A DNA stretch of 55,746 bases, filler included, from Jimgerdemannia flammicorona (Eukaryota): the NCBI GenBank assembly GCA_003990765.1. It is 2 parts of 2 records of this genome, joined end to end, with 100 filler letters (N's around TTAATTAATTAA, not from the genome) between each part and the next. Parts side by side here need not be neighbours in the genome. Positions count along the whole stretch, not along the records: positions 1 to 27,832 come from RBNJ01000596.1; 1 more part is not named here. One strand, 5' to 3'. A model generated the notes under the pieces. It was not told the origin of the DNA. It searched no databases and worked only from the letters and a program-made list of their open reading frames with translations. Position numbers and translations under genes: made by a program. Below, in pieces: positions 1 through 11,490 of the stretch (position 1 is the first letter of the stretch; every line of letters begins with the position of its first letter).

Positions 1-23
1 AAAAAAAAAAAAAAAAAAAAAAA
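1..23 (+). repeat. poly(A) tract, possibly the tail of a retroelement outside the window
   Basis: Run of A at the window start. Confidence 0.5.
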
Positions 24-271
24 TTACCCTATAATACTTACACATAACTTCATTTTTCCCAGTTTTGATATAGTATTGCCAAACTTCAGAATGAGAAGTA
101 TAGTGTGGAATATTATTTAAAGAAGAAGTCTAACTTGAAGTATCACTAGTATTGAAAAATACTGATAACTAATCTGTTGATATTAATATTAATATAATAT
201 ATATATGAGTGTATATATATATATGTATATATTTATATTTATATTTGTGAATATACTCATGAATATTTTAA

Positions 272-2566
272 TTAGAAACCCAAAGAAGAGTGAGAACCTC
301 ATCCAATCCAAGAGTACTAGGCTCATAAGCCACAGCTTGAAGGAGGGCAGAAAGGCCATCAAGGTAGAGTGACTTAGAAATAAGTACAAAACCCTGATTC
401 TTATCAGTGACTATGAGTAAATGAAAAGGCAATTGCTTGACTGATTTAAGCATGGTATACATAGCATGGTCCAAAACCAAGTAAGAGCAAGCATATCCAG
501 AAATGGACAGTAAGTAAGCCATGTCAAGAAATATGCAGTATGAAGAGATATTGGGAGAGAGAACCCAATTGCTAGGAATATAATAGCAAGAGGGCATCTT
601 ATCACAATCCTCAAAGAAGATGGCAAGGTCAAGAGCATGACAGAAGTATGAGAGATGAGCTGGATCAGTAAAGGAGAATTGTGAGGAAGTCATAGAAAAA
701 ACAAAGTGAGGACCCAAGGATAAGGCAAAGACTTAAAGGGGAGAAAGAGAGCAGTCAGCCAAAGAAAAAGAAGAAGACAAAAGTGTTTCAAGAGAATAAT
801 AAACCTGAAAATTTGGGACAAGTAACTGAGAAAGACAAAGGAGAGACAATATAAGGAACTACTTAGGGTACACTAGAAGTGATGATAGAATCTAAGAAGA
901 GATGGAGATGCCAGGAGAGAACTACACCAGGGAGAAGTTTAAGAGTGAGAGGCCTTCCCCTTCTCTCTGACTTTTTTTGAAGGTAGCAAGCTCAATGAGT
1001 AGGAGTACACTCCATCAGAGTGCCAGACCTTGCAGCCACAGGCTTTTGTGTAACCCTTATATTCAGGAGTATGGATAGAGGAGGTGAAAGAAGAGCTGGC
1101 AGAGGAGGTAGAGAGAGAGCAAGCAGCTAAAGAGACAGCAGCATAAGAGATACCACTATGGGGGCAGACAGACTTAGCTAGGTACCAGTAGATATGGTGG
1201 AGGCAACTAGAGCAGACAGTACAGGGCCAAGCTCCAACAGAGTGAGAACCAAGTTAGCAGCTACACTTGGAAGTATAGGGAATGGAGAAGGAGGTCTTGG
1301 TGGGAGAGGGGGACTGAGAAGAGACCAATAAAGCCTGGTTGGGCTTGGCAGGAATCTTGGTGGGAGCTTTGGCAGTAGTAGTAGTAAAGGAACAAACCTC
1401 AGCATAGGCAGTGGCATGAGTCTTGGCATGGATAGCCTTAGAGACTGAAACCTCAGAGCAGGCAGGCAGAGGAGCAGTGGTGGTGATATGAGCAGTGGTA
1501 GCAGCATATGCCATTTTCTGCTCATAACAAATAAGGTGCTAGTGAGGAGAAAGCGATGAATAGTATTGATGTCAGCAGTGGCAGAGGATATATCTTGGAT
1601 GGCAAAGCCATAAAAAGGGGTAGCATCTACAAGATAAGAGGAGGTAAAGACCATGAAAGTGGTACTGATATGATAGAAGGAGGTAGGAGTAGCAATAGTA
1701 GAGGCAGTGGCAGCATCAGTAGTAGTAAGCTTAGTGGCAGCAGTGGCAATGTGAACCTCTTTGGAGAGGGCTTGGCAGTGGGCCTTAGAGAGAATGAAGT
1801 AGCAGATAGTAGACAGAGTAATGACATCAACATTACAGTAGAGGTGAGTCTCCTTGGCAGAGAGAGTAAGGACTGACTGGAACTGAGAGAGGAGCAGATA
1901 ATCAGAAGGGTGAAGGTCTAAAGGGAGGAAAAGGATAGCAGATGAGATGTAAGTCATGAATGAGACAGTGGCAGAAACAAAAGTAGGGGGAGGGAGAAGA
2001 GGAAGAACCTTATCTATAATCTCATCAACAGAGACAGAGGCTCTGAGAGCAGGTGGTACAGTAGTGGAGAAGGAAGGCCCAGTGGAAGCCATGGGAGCAA
2101 ACTCAGAGCCAGTGTCAAAATGAACAAAAGATATATAGAAGAGCATGTATAAGGAGAATGAACAAAGAACATAACCAAAAATGCATCAGTCATTTATTGT
2201 TATATAAAAACATAATCCTTATATATAAAATACAATGTTCCAAAAGAGAGAATATACCACAACTCAGGGCAAACTGAATTAGAAACCATATGATCACTGG
2301 AGATAAGTAGAGGTAAAGAGGGAGTCAATTCTAGTTGCAAGATAAAAATTACAAACAAACACAAATAAAACAAATCCAAATCAAGATTAAAAAACATCTG
2401 TAGACTCCAGAGGGGTGAGCATGAGTGAGGGGTGAGGCTGAAATGGAGTAAGCCACAGCAAGCCTGAGTGAAGTGAGGGGCTGAAGGCAGTGGAGGGGAG
2501 CAGAGTAAGGCTGAGACTCCAGAGTAAGTGTGAGATCCCAGAGGGGGCAAGAATGTTTTTTAATCC
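272..2566 (-). mobile_element. Penelope-like retroelement (PLE), partial tandem copy (5' region, ORF1, start of RT), degenerate
   Basis: Diverged direct copy of 3913-6188. Translates to LLIVTDKNQGFVLISKSLYLDGLSALL, matching the PLE RT 'ADKN.G...' motif. Confidence 0.75.
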
Positions 2567-2639
2567 TCTCTAGCAGAGCTGGAGGTACCAGAAGGTGACA
2601 AAAATGCAAAATGAGAGTAATAGATTAGAGAAGAAACAG

Positions 2640-4500
2640 AAGAAAGATATGAATGAGCAATCAGAGAGTATCAGAAAAGAGACAAAAGTCCATGGTGTGA
2701 AAGAGAAGAGCACAGGATAGTATCAGGACATTGTGCAATCCAATGAGTATGATTGAATGATATGTATGATAAGAATCAGGGGTGGGAATGAAGAGAGGGT
2801 ACAGAGAGGGTAAGGGGGGAGAGAGAGAAGAGAAGGAGGATAAAGGGGAGAGAGGAGGGAAGAGCAAACAACAGACCATTCAATAGAAGCAAGTAGATTA
2901 CAAATAATAGAAATAGGGTAGACATAATGATAGACCATGAAGTTGCCAAGAACCTGAACAGCAGACATCCAGTCAGAATGATGGGAGCAGTATAATATAA
3001 GATAATGAACCTCACCATAAATATATTTGAGAAGAGTGCATTGAGAATGATTGGAACAAAAGTCAGAGAACTTTTGAGAATGGGGAAAACAAGAATAAAC
3101 AATAGTTCAGAAGAGAGAAAGAGAAATGGAAAGGTCTAAAAAGAGAATACTGGTCATACTGTATACCTAAGTAATGGAATGATCAGGAGGATAAATACCA
3201 TGAAATATACTAGAAATATCAATATCAGTAATAGCAAGGACAATGAAGTTATCAATATATTAGTAAAATAAGATATCCCCAGCCCAGAATGCAATGGAAA
3301 GAGGTGAAGAAGAATTATGTATCATATGAAGTTCATAAGCCAGACCAATAAGGTTGATAAGAGTAGGGGTATAATTCATTCCCATAGCAATATCAGAAGT
3401 CTGGTGGAAGGAGCCAAGGGTCAACTCAAAATAGTTGGAGCCACAGATGAGGAGTATAAGCTCAACAATAGAAGCCAATGAGACTGAGGAGTCCAAAGAG
3501 AAGACAATGGAACCCAAGAAGTGAAGACAATCATCAATCTCATCAAAATGAATAGCAGTATAGAAGGAAGAGAAATTACCAGAGACCAAATGGAAAAAAT
3601 ATTGAACAGATACAATGGTGGAGCAGAGAAGGGTGAGCTCCTGAGTATTATGAAGAATTATATACTCAGACCCAAAACAGAGTTGTAAAAGAGCTATCCA
3701 AGAGAGAAAGAAGTAGGATAACTATTTTGAAATCTTGGTGGTAGGAGAGTTAAAAGTAGCTATAATGGGATATCAAGCCAAAGTAGGCTTATGAACTTTA
3801 GAAAGAGTATAGAAAACCAGAAGACAAATGTCTGGCAAGGACAAAGAGTCCTGGAAGAAGTTAAAAATGAGGTTTACAAAAGGAGAATTCAAAAGCAATC
3901 TAGTATGAGCCAGAGAAACCTGAAGAAGAGTGAGAACCTTATTCAATTCAAGAGCATTAGGCTTATAAGCCATAGCTTGAAGGAGGGCAGAAAGGCCATC
4001 AAAGTAGAGCAACTTAGGAATAAGTGCAAAACTCCAATTCTTATTAGTAACTATGAGCAAATGCAAAGGCAATTTCTTGACCAATTTAAGTATAGTATAT
4101 ACAGTATGGTCTGAAACCAAGCAAGAGCAGTGCATCCAGGAATAGATAGTGAGCAAGTTATATTAAGGAATATACAGTATAAAGAGACATTGAGAGGGGT
4201 GACCCAATTACTAGGAACATAATAGTGAGAGAGCATCTCACTACAATCCTCAAAGAAGATGGCAAGGTCAAGAGTATAATAGAAGTATGAGAGACAAGCC
4301 AGATTAGTAAAGGAGAATTGTGAGGGAGTCATAGGAAAAACAAAGCAAGGATCTAAGAATAAGGTAAAGACTTGAAAGAGAGAAAGAGAGCAGTTAGCTA
4401 AAGAAAAAGGAGGAGATAAAAGTGTTCCAAGAGAAGAATAAACCCGAAAATTCAGGATAAGTAACTGGAAAATATGAAGAGGGGATAGCATGAGGAACTA
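2640..4500 (-). pseudogene. PLE reverse transcriptase with stops and frameshifts; no GIY-YIG domain recognised
   Basis: ORF-track fragments 4051-4491, 3773-4156, 3260-3589 and 2723-2968 carry consecutive PLE RT motifs. Confidence 0.75.
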
Positions 4501-4599
4501 CTCAGAGCACACCAGAAGCAATGACAGAATCCAAGAAGAGACAGAGACACTGGGAGAGAACCATACCAAAGAGAAGTTTAATAGTGGGAGGCCTTCCCC

Positions 4600-5717
4600 T
4601 TCTCTCTGACTTTTTTTGAAGGTGGTGAGCCTGATGAGTAGGAGAACACCCCATCAGAGTACTAGACCTTACAGTCACAGGCTTTTGTATAACCCTTATA
4701 TTCAGAGGCATAGATAGAGGAGATAGAGGAGGAGCTGGCAGAGGAGACAGAAGGAGAGTGAGTAGCTGAAGGGACAGCAGTATGAGGGACACCACCATGG
4801 GGGCAGACAGACTTAGCTGGGTGCCAGTAGATATGGTGGAGGTGACCAGAGCAGACAGCACAGGGCCAAGCCCTGATGGGATGAGAACCAAGTTGGCAGC
4901 CATGCTTGAGAGTAGGGGGAATGGAAGAGGAGGTCTTGGTAGGAGAGAGGGACTGAGATGAGGTTGACAAAGTCTGGTTAGACTTGGTAGTAGTGGTAGT
5001 GAAGGAATAAACTTTGGTATAGGTGATAGCACAAGCCTTAGCATAAATGGCCTTGGAGACCAAAACCTCAGAAGAGGCAGACAGGGGAGCAGTGGCAGCA
5101 GTATGAGCAGTAGCAGCAGTATGTAATATTTCCTACTCATGAAAATGAGCAATAAACAAGGTACTAGCAAGGAGGAAATAATGAATAGTATCAATGTCAG
5201 TAGTGGCAGAGGGTACATCTTGGATGGCAAAACCATAAAAAGGAGCAGTATTCATAAGACAAGAGGAGGTAAAGGCCACAAAAGTGATACAGATATAGTG
5301 GAAGAAGGCAGAAGTGGTAGTAGCAGAGACAGCAGCAGCATCAGCAGCAGCAAGCTTGGCAGTGGTAGTAGCAGTGCAAATCTCTTCAGAGAGGGCTTAG
5401 TAGCAGGCCTCAGGGAGAATGGAGTAGTGGACAGCAGATAGAGCAATAACATCAATGTCATGGCAGAGGTGAGCCTCCTTAGTGAAGAGAGCAAGGACTG
5501 ACCAGAACTGAGAGAAGAGCAGATGACCAGAAGGATAAAGGTCCAAAGAGAGGGAAAGGATAGTGGACAAGACATAAGTCTTGAATGAGACAATGGCAGG
5601 GATGAAAGTGAGGGGAGGGAGAGGAGGGAGAACCTCATTCATAATCTTGTTAATAGAGATAGAGGCTCTGAGAGCAGATGGTATAGCAGTAGAGGAGGAA
5701 GGCCCAGTGAGAGCCAT
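4600..5717 (-). pseudogene. PLE ORF1-like, Ser/Thr/Pro-rich, with Cys/His cluster CAVCSGHLHHIYWHPAKSVCPHG
   Basis: Fragments 5397-5867 and 4662-5063; homologous fragments at 1178-2146 and 1254-1514 in the second copy. Confidence 0.55.
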
Positions 5718-6175
5718 AGAAGTGAACTCAGAGCCAGTGTCAAAATGAACAGAAGATATATGAAAGAGTATGTATAAGGGAACAAATAAAGAATATAACT
5801 GAAAATGCATCAGCTGTTTATTGCTATGTAAAAACATAGTCCTTATATACAAAATATGATATCCCAAAAGAGAGAATGTGCCACAACTTGGGGTGAACTG
5901 AATTAGGAACTACATGACTATCAGAGATAAGCAGAGATAAAGAGGAAACCAATCCCAGTTGCAGGATAAAATCACAAACAAATACAAACAAAACAAATTC
6001 AAATCAAGATTAAAAAATATCTGCAGACTCCAGAGGGGTGAGTATGAGCAAGGGATGAGGCCAAAATGGAGTGAGCTGCAGTAAGTCTGAGCAAAGCAAG
6101 AAGCTAAAGGCAATAGAGGGGAGCAGAGTAAGACTGAGACCCCAGAGTAAGTATGAGATCCTAGAGGGGATAAGG

Positions 6176-6516
6176 ATGTTTTTTAATCTTAATTTGGATT
6201 TGTTTTATTTGTATTTGTTTGTGATTTTTATCCTGTAACTGGAATTGGCTCTCTCTTTATCTCTGCTTATCTCTAACAGTCATGTAGTTCTAATTTAGTT
6301 CACTCTGAGTTGTGGTATATCCTCTCTTTTGGGACATTGTATTTTATATATAAGGACTACATTTTTATGTGGCAATAAATGGCTGATGCATTTTCAGTTA
6401 TATTCTTTATTCATCTCCCTTATACATACTCTTTTATATGTCTTCTATTTATTTTAACACTGGCTCTGGGTTTGCTCCCATGGCTTCTGCTGGGCCTTCC
6501 TCCTCTACTACCATCT
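6176..6516 (+). repeat. Inverted duplication of the PLE 5' segment (~5685-6021), inverted pseudo-LTR-like
   Basis: tttaatcttaatttggatttgttttatttgtatttgtttgtgattttt is a near-exact reverse complement of 5965-6016 and continues to gggccttcctcctctactaccatct. Confidence 0.85.
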
Positions 6517-6709
6517 GAAAAGGTTGTCCACACTCCTTACTCAAGGTGTATTATATATGGGATGTGCTGCAACAAAACCAGACAAAGTGAATATTTGATG
6601 TCAGGCTTATTTTTGCTCTCACTTTATCCATAATATTTTAATTATTTAAATAAAAGTATAACTCAATGCTCTTTGCTTTCACACTTCTCTTATTTGATAT
6701 TCTGTTATT

Positions 6710-6713
<4 letters not shown>

Positions 6714-6757
<44 letters not shown>

Positions 6758-7912
6758 GACTCAGAGTCTTGTAGATTTTTATTGAAAGAAAACTTAGACT
6801 ATATAGGCCAAAACTCTCCTCCACCACTCATCAAGCACTACCCCCCTATTAATCTGGGCTAGCTATTGTCCAACAGCTCAATCATACTAGGTGCAGCAGG
6901 ACCTATGGTGGCCTGCACCTCATTTTGCACATCATGATCAGGGGAAACCCAGCCATATACTAATGACTGAAAGTACATACTCAAGACCCCAATGTATGTA
7001 CATATAAGGCTATGCTCAAGTTGAATAGAATAGCCCCTACCATCTCAAAGAGAATAATAGGTAAAGAAAAACCCTTATCAAAGTACATTATAGTAGATAG
7101 AACCTAGTTCTCTAAGTCAAGATAAGTAAAGAATTTATACATAAGGTAGGAGGAGACCTCCAATACCCCACTACCAAGTCTGTGGGCCTTGATCATATTG
7201 CTATATCAGCTCTCAGTTCCAGTTAAGTGTAGCCAAGATGTCTAAAATAGGTAGCCTCAGGCCCTCTGACCTCCCCCAATGACTAGGGCCCAACTTGCCA
7301 AATCACCAAAAGAAGCTAAGAGTGATACCTACTATTTAACTACTTTATACCAATCAAAAGGCCCCACTGAAATAGCACCCACTCCAGCCCTGATGACCAT
7401 CTCCAGTCTGGCACTCTACTGGTTTACTGTAATTGCCCTTCCTCCTATCTGTAATGGCCATCTCTCCTCTCATCCTGATATCATCTGAAAAACAGTCACC
7501 TATACCAGAACTATACTTGCTAGGAAGCTCACCAAAGCCAGAGGGCCTCACCACAGATACTGAGGACCTACAGATAACCTACACTAGGCACTTGATGCCC
7601 AAGGTTAGCTGACTCTTTATGTAACCCATAATGCACTGAGACAGCACCTTGTTGGCAATAGCCAAAGGAAGAAAGTGCCACACCAAAATGAATACACTTC
7701 AGATATAGCTGAAGGTATCAAAAACTGCAAAAAAGTGGAAAAGACACTGATCAGACACTAATAAAGGGACAACCCATCACCATTGCCTCCCTTCCACTAC
7801 TCTGTAACAGATACAGCAAACCAATCTAAGGTAGAGAGGATAATAATTGTAGAAAGTAAACTCAGAAGATCACCTATCAAACTATTGTGACTAGTAAGAT
7901 AGTGGAGAAAGA
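6714..7912 (-). mobile_element. Non-autonomous poly(A) retroposon, copy 1
   Basis: Reverse complement of 24248-25440; poly(T) 6712-6754; degenerate 18-bp TSD gatattctgttattcatt (6696-6713) / gacattccatcattcatt (7913-7930). Confidence 0.85.
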
Positions 7913-8092
7913 GACATTCCATCATTCATTTGTTTATTTCATTTTATTTCAATTTTACCCAGAACTGACCACCAGGCTAATAATATTATTACAGCTTTAT
8001 ATCAAATAGAAATCAAGCCTACTTTTGTAACTTATTTTTTTTTTCTGGGGTCTCTTTCTGATGGAGTGAGATCCACATAATATTTATTGTGT

Positions 8093-8382
8093 CTTCTTCA
8101 CTACCTTACTAATCACAATGGTTTGGTAGACAATCTTCTGAGTCTACTTTCCACAATTATTACCCTCTCTACCTCAGGTTGATTTACTATACCTATTGTA
8201 GGGCAGTGAAAGAGAGGCAATAGTGATGAGTTTCCTCTTTATCAGTGTCAGATTAGTATCTTTTCTACTTTTTCATGGTTTTTAGTACCTTTGGCTGTAT
8301 CTGGAGTACATCTGTTTTAGTATAGTGCTTTCTTCCTTTTACCATCACTAACAAGGTGCTGTCTTGATATATCTCAGACTAT
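8093..8382 (+). mobile_element. Non-autonomous retroposon copy 2, 5' part (split by Gypsy-1)
   Basis: Matches 24255-24545; continues at 17178; TSD aatatttattgtgt (8079-8092) / aacatttattgtat (18119-18132). Confidence 0.85.
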
Positions 8383-8607
8383 TGTCATGTAGTGGTCGCT
8401 GAGTCCTTCAAATATGCCAGATTCTCTTCAAGGTGTATCTCTTAGACTAACTCAAGTTGTTATAAGCAAGTTCTTATTGGAGTGCCTTCCCAAGGTCTTA
8501 TAGTCCTCAAACTTCTTATCTTTAACTGTCTTGTTATCTCTTAGATTGCTTGCAAGGGATTGTATATTGCACTGAGAGGAACTGACTTTATTTCAGAGGA
8601 AATAAGA

Positions 8608-8620
8608 GGGGTATTTATAC
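8608..8620 (-). promoter_or_regulatory. Candidate LTR TATA box (gtataaatacccc)
   Basis: Lies downstream of ~34-bp tandem repeats (8690-8825) in element sense; a similar motif gtacaaatacccc is at 35278 in the solo LTR. Confidence 0.5.
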
Positions 8621-8827
8621 AAAATATAATTCAATGGTTGCTAAGATATAAAGCTAAATATAAATTCCAATAACTAAACCTACTGAGTTCCAGGGCTGGC
8701 ATTATTTAGTATCACATCAAAATGCCAGTGCTGGAACAATTTCGCGTCACCTCAGAATACCAATGCTGGCATTATCCAGTGTTACATGAGAATACTGGTG
8801 CTGGCATTATCCAGTGTAACAAAGAAT

Positions 8828-9685
8828 TTAGAGCAAAAAGTTCAGGATCATGGGGGCTTCATCATCATCATCATCATCATTACTGAAGGAGATGAGATCC
8901 GCGAATTCGTCATGTAGGTCACGCATTTCGCATACATTGTATGCCTCATTGTGTGGTTCACGTGCTTCAGGTATGTCACACGGGGTGACGTCATCGATGA
9001 CATCATCACGTTCGGCTGTGGCAGAGAAATCGGGAACAAGATCTGGAGCTCTCCAGTTTATGAGGTTCTCTTCCACAAAATAAGGAACAAATGTGGGGTC
9101 TTGGGGAGATCTAACCCGGATGCTTGGGCCTTGGAATACTGAGATCAATCCTTACAGGAATTGGTCTGGGTTGTCCTGAAGGATAGGGTACCAGAAGTCT
9201 TCTACTTCTTCGCTGTTGAGGGTGATGGTGGACTGGGCTTCTGTAGCTACTCTGGCTTCTAGTGCATTGATATGGCGGGATGACAGGTCTCTGAAATCTG
9301 AGACTCTAACATACTCCAAGTTGGGGATCGACCATGGTGCATGCCTGAAGATCTGATGGATCTTCTTTGCTGTCCTTGCCTTACATAGGTCCATGGGAGT
9401 AGCATCTTGTAGCTCTTGAGGGCTGGCGTGTGGGAACTCCTGGCAGAGGAGGTTTCCTATTTCATATTCCTGCCACATTTGGAGGCATTCGGTGGCAATG
9501 GTGATCCTTGTTTCCATTTCGTGGCAGTAGAGAATAAAGTAATAGGGGTCTGCAGTACCCAGGCTGATGCTAGGAGTCCTTCTTGAGCGGGTCCTCATGG
9601 CTCTTCTGATGTCTTGGAACATCCTTTCCTCGACCGAGATACCTTGATGATTCCTTGACCTTGAGGTTTGGTGGGCAGCAGGCAT
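8828..9685 (-). pseudogene. LTR(U3)-encoded accessory ORF, ~285 aa, one internal stop
   Basis: ORFs 9152-9685 and 8828-9148 are in frame across one TAA. The 5' LTR copy reads QFLQELISVF at that site. Confidence 0.8.
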
Positions 9686-9928
9686 TTTGTTTGTGGTAAG
9701 TCTTTGAGCTATTTTTGGGATTAGTGGTTCTTGTTAGTTACTGCTACTGCAGTTCCTTGATCCTTCTTTTATATTCTTCAGGATGCTTGTGCTGTGGTCA
9801 CAATGACTCACAGTTGGTCATCATTGCTCATCTCATATGCCGTATAATCTTCTTGTACTCCGATCTGGTGGCTTGTAAAGAAAGGCTATCTCCTGTGCTG
9901 ATGTCATCATTCTGGGGTCACCATTACA

Positions 9929-9939
9929 TCTTCCTCCTG
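9929..9939 (-). other. Polypurine tract
   Basis: caggaggaaga immediately before the TGTAATGG start of the 3' LTR. Confidence 0.75.
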
Positions 9940-10289
9940 AATAAGGATCTTCCTGAGCATCCTTATTCATTGGTCCAGTTCTGAAAAATTTGCTGATCCC
10001 ATAACCTCTGGCAAGGGGTCAAAAACTAGTGTTTATGGGCTGGTATCTTCCCTTTGTATTTTGGCATGATGGTGAAGGGTCGCTCTCTTCATATAGAGCA
10101 AGGGCCTGATTCTGATCTTGACCAATCAGTTGATGGTTCGAACTCCTCTGACTGCGAAAGTCTTTACAGATGAGTAGTTGCCAGTGCCATATCCCTTAGA
10201 GAATGGTCCAGACAGATAGCCTGCTGGTCACGGGACATGCTGTTATGATTCGCGGACTAGAACCTTGTGGGCAGTCATCACATTTTGCT

Positions 10290-11490
10290 TCTCTTATATA
10301 GGTTCATGGTACTTCTTGAGTCTGTTCCTATGCACCGTGGTAGGCAGTATGGTCCCTGAGATTTTTCTAAGCCAGAAGGTAGTTCCCTTGATATCTTGCA
10401 TGTAGAAGGGTCCTTCCCATTTAGGCTCCAGTTTTCATGACCATGAGGCTTCTACCATATTTCGATACAGTAGAACCTTTTCTCTAATTCGGATGGGTTC
10501 TAGGGCCTTGTGATTCTTTTCTGCATTCTTCCTTATCAGTGCTTGTGACTTGGTGATGTAATCTTCAGCCTTCTTCCTGATTTGGTGTAGTCTCTGGATT
10601 TCTGCATCAACCCATCTCTAAGTTAGGTCTAGATTTGTGGCTGAGGTTCCATTAGAATATTCTTCTCCAAAGAGCAGCTCTCTTGGGGTAAAATGTATAC
10701 TCTGTGATTGTATGTCTCATAGAATGGAGAGGGCAGTTGAGAGATAGTTATCCCAATTCTCATATGTCTCTGAGATCTTTGCTAGGATGTTCTTGAGGGT
10801 CTTATTGGTTCTCTCTGTCTGTCTATTTCCTTGAGGGTGGTATGCAGTGGTCTTGATGTACTGGATCTTGTATTTCTGGTACATTGTCTCATGGAATCCA
10901 TTAACAAATTCTGTACTGTGGTCTGTTGTAATTTACTTTGGTGTCTTGTAGCGGCAGATGATTTCTTGGTGTAGAAAATTGACTATAGAGAGGGCATTGG
11001 CTTCTTGTAATGCTCCTGCCTCTATCCATTTGGTAAAGAGGTCTACAATAACTATAATATAGTGGTTTTCTGATAGTGTTACTGGTAGTGGTCCAATGAT
11101 ATCCATTGCAATGTAGTGGAAGGGGATAGGTTCGATTCTTGATAATCCGGGTGCCTGGTCTTGCTGATCTTGTTTCTGTTTTTGGCACTTGTCACACCCT
11201 TTGACAAATTGGCGCAGGTCTTCTTCCATCTTGGGCCACTACATGGTTCTTCTTGCCTTATCATATGTGTTGGTTCCTCCTAAGTGTCCTTGCTCATGTA
11301 CTTCCTTCATTACTTGATACTTCTTGTATTCAGGTATTACTAGCTTTCCTCCTTTTCTGAGTGTAGTGTTGTCTAATTCAAACTGTTTCCAAGTCCGGTT
11401 GATGATGGTGATTGTCCAGGGTTCAAGGTGGTTGGGCATCTTCTGCTGCCCAAGGTAGCTGATTAATCCATAGTATAGCTCCTTATTCAT
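10290..11490 (-). pseudogene. Gypsy-1 integrase in a separate frame starting MNKELYYGLISYL
   Basis: HEQGHLGG...CDKCQK zinc motif, DIIGPLP...VDLFTKW core, C-terminal KLEPKWEGPFY...TVHRNRLK. Confidence 0.9.

Larger units (their letters stand above)
2567..6188 (-). mobile_element. Penelope-like retroelement, full ~3.6 kb unit, degenerate
   Basis: RT motifs in order: TNKNWSFALIP, FYTLSKVHKP (cf. FYGLPKIHK), NYFELTLGSFHQTSDIAMGMNYTPTLINL, Y*YIDNF, ILFLDLSI, SNHSQCTLLKYIYGEV. An S/T/P-rich ORF1 lies upstream. Confidence 0.8.
8383..9928 (-). repeat. Gypsy-1 3' LTR
   Basis: Direct repeat of 15632-17177; plus-strand ends tgtca...ccattaca. Confidence 0.95.

Noticed and set aside
5800..5825. Hammerhead ribozyme in the PLE repeat (ctgatgc on the minus strand)
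   Set aside because: Core is not CTGANGA and I found no matching GAAA or stems by eye; needs a covariance-model search
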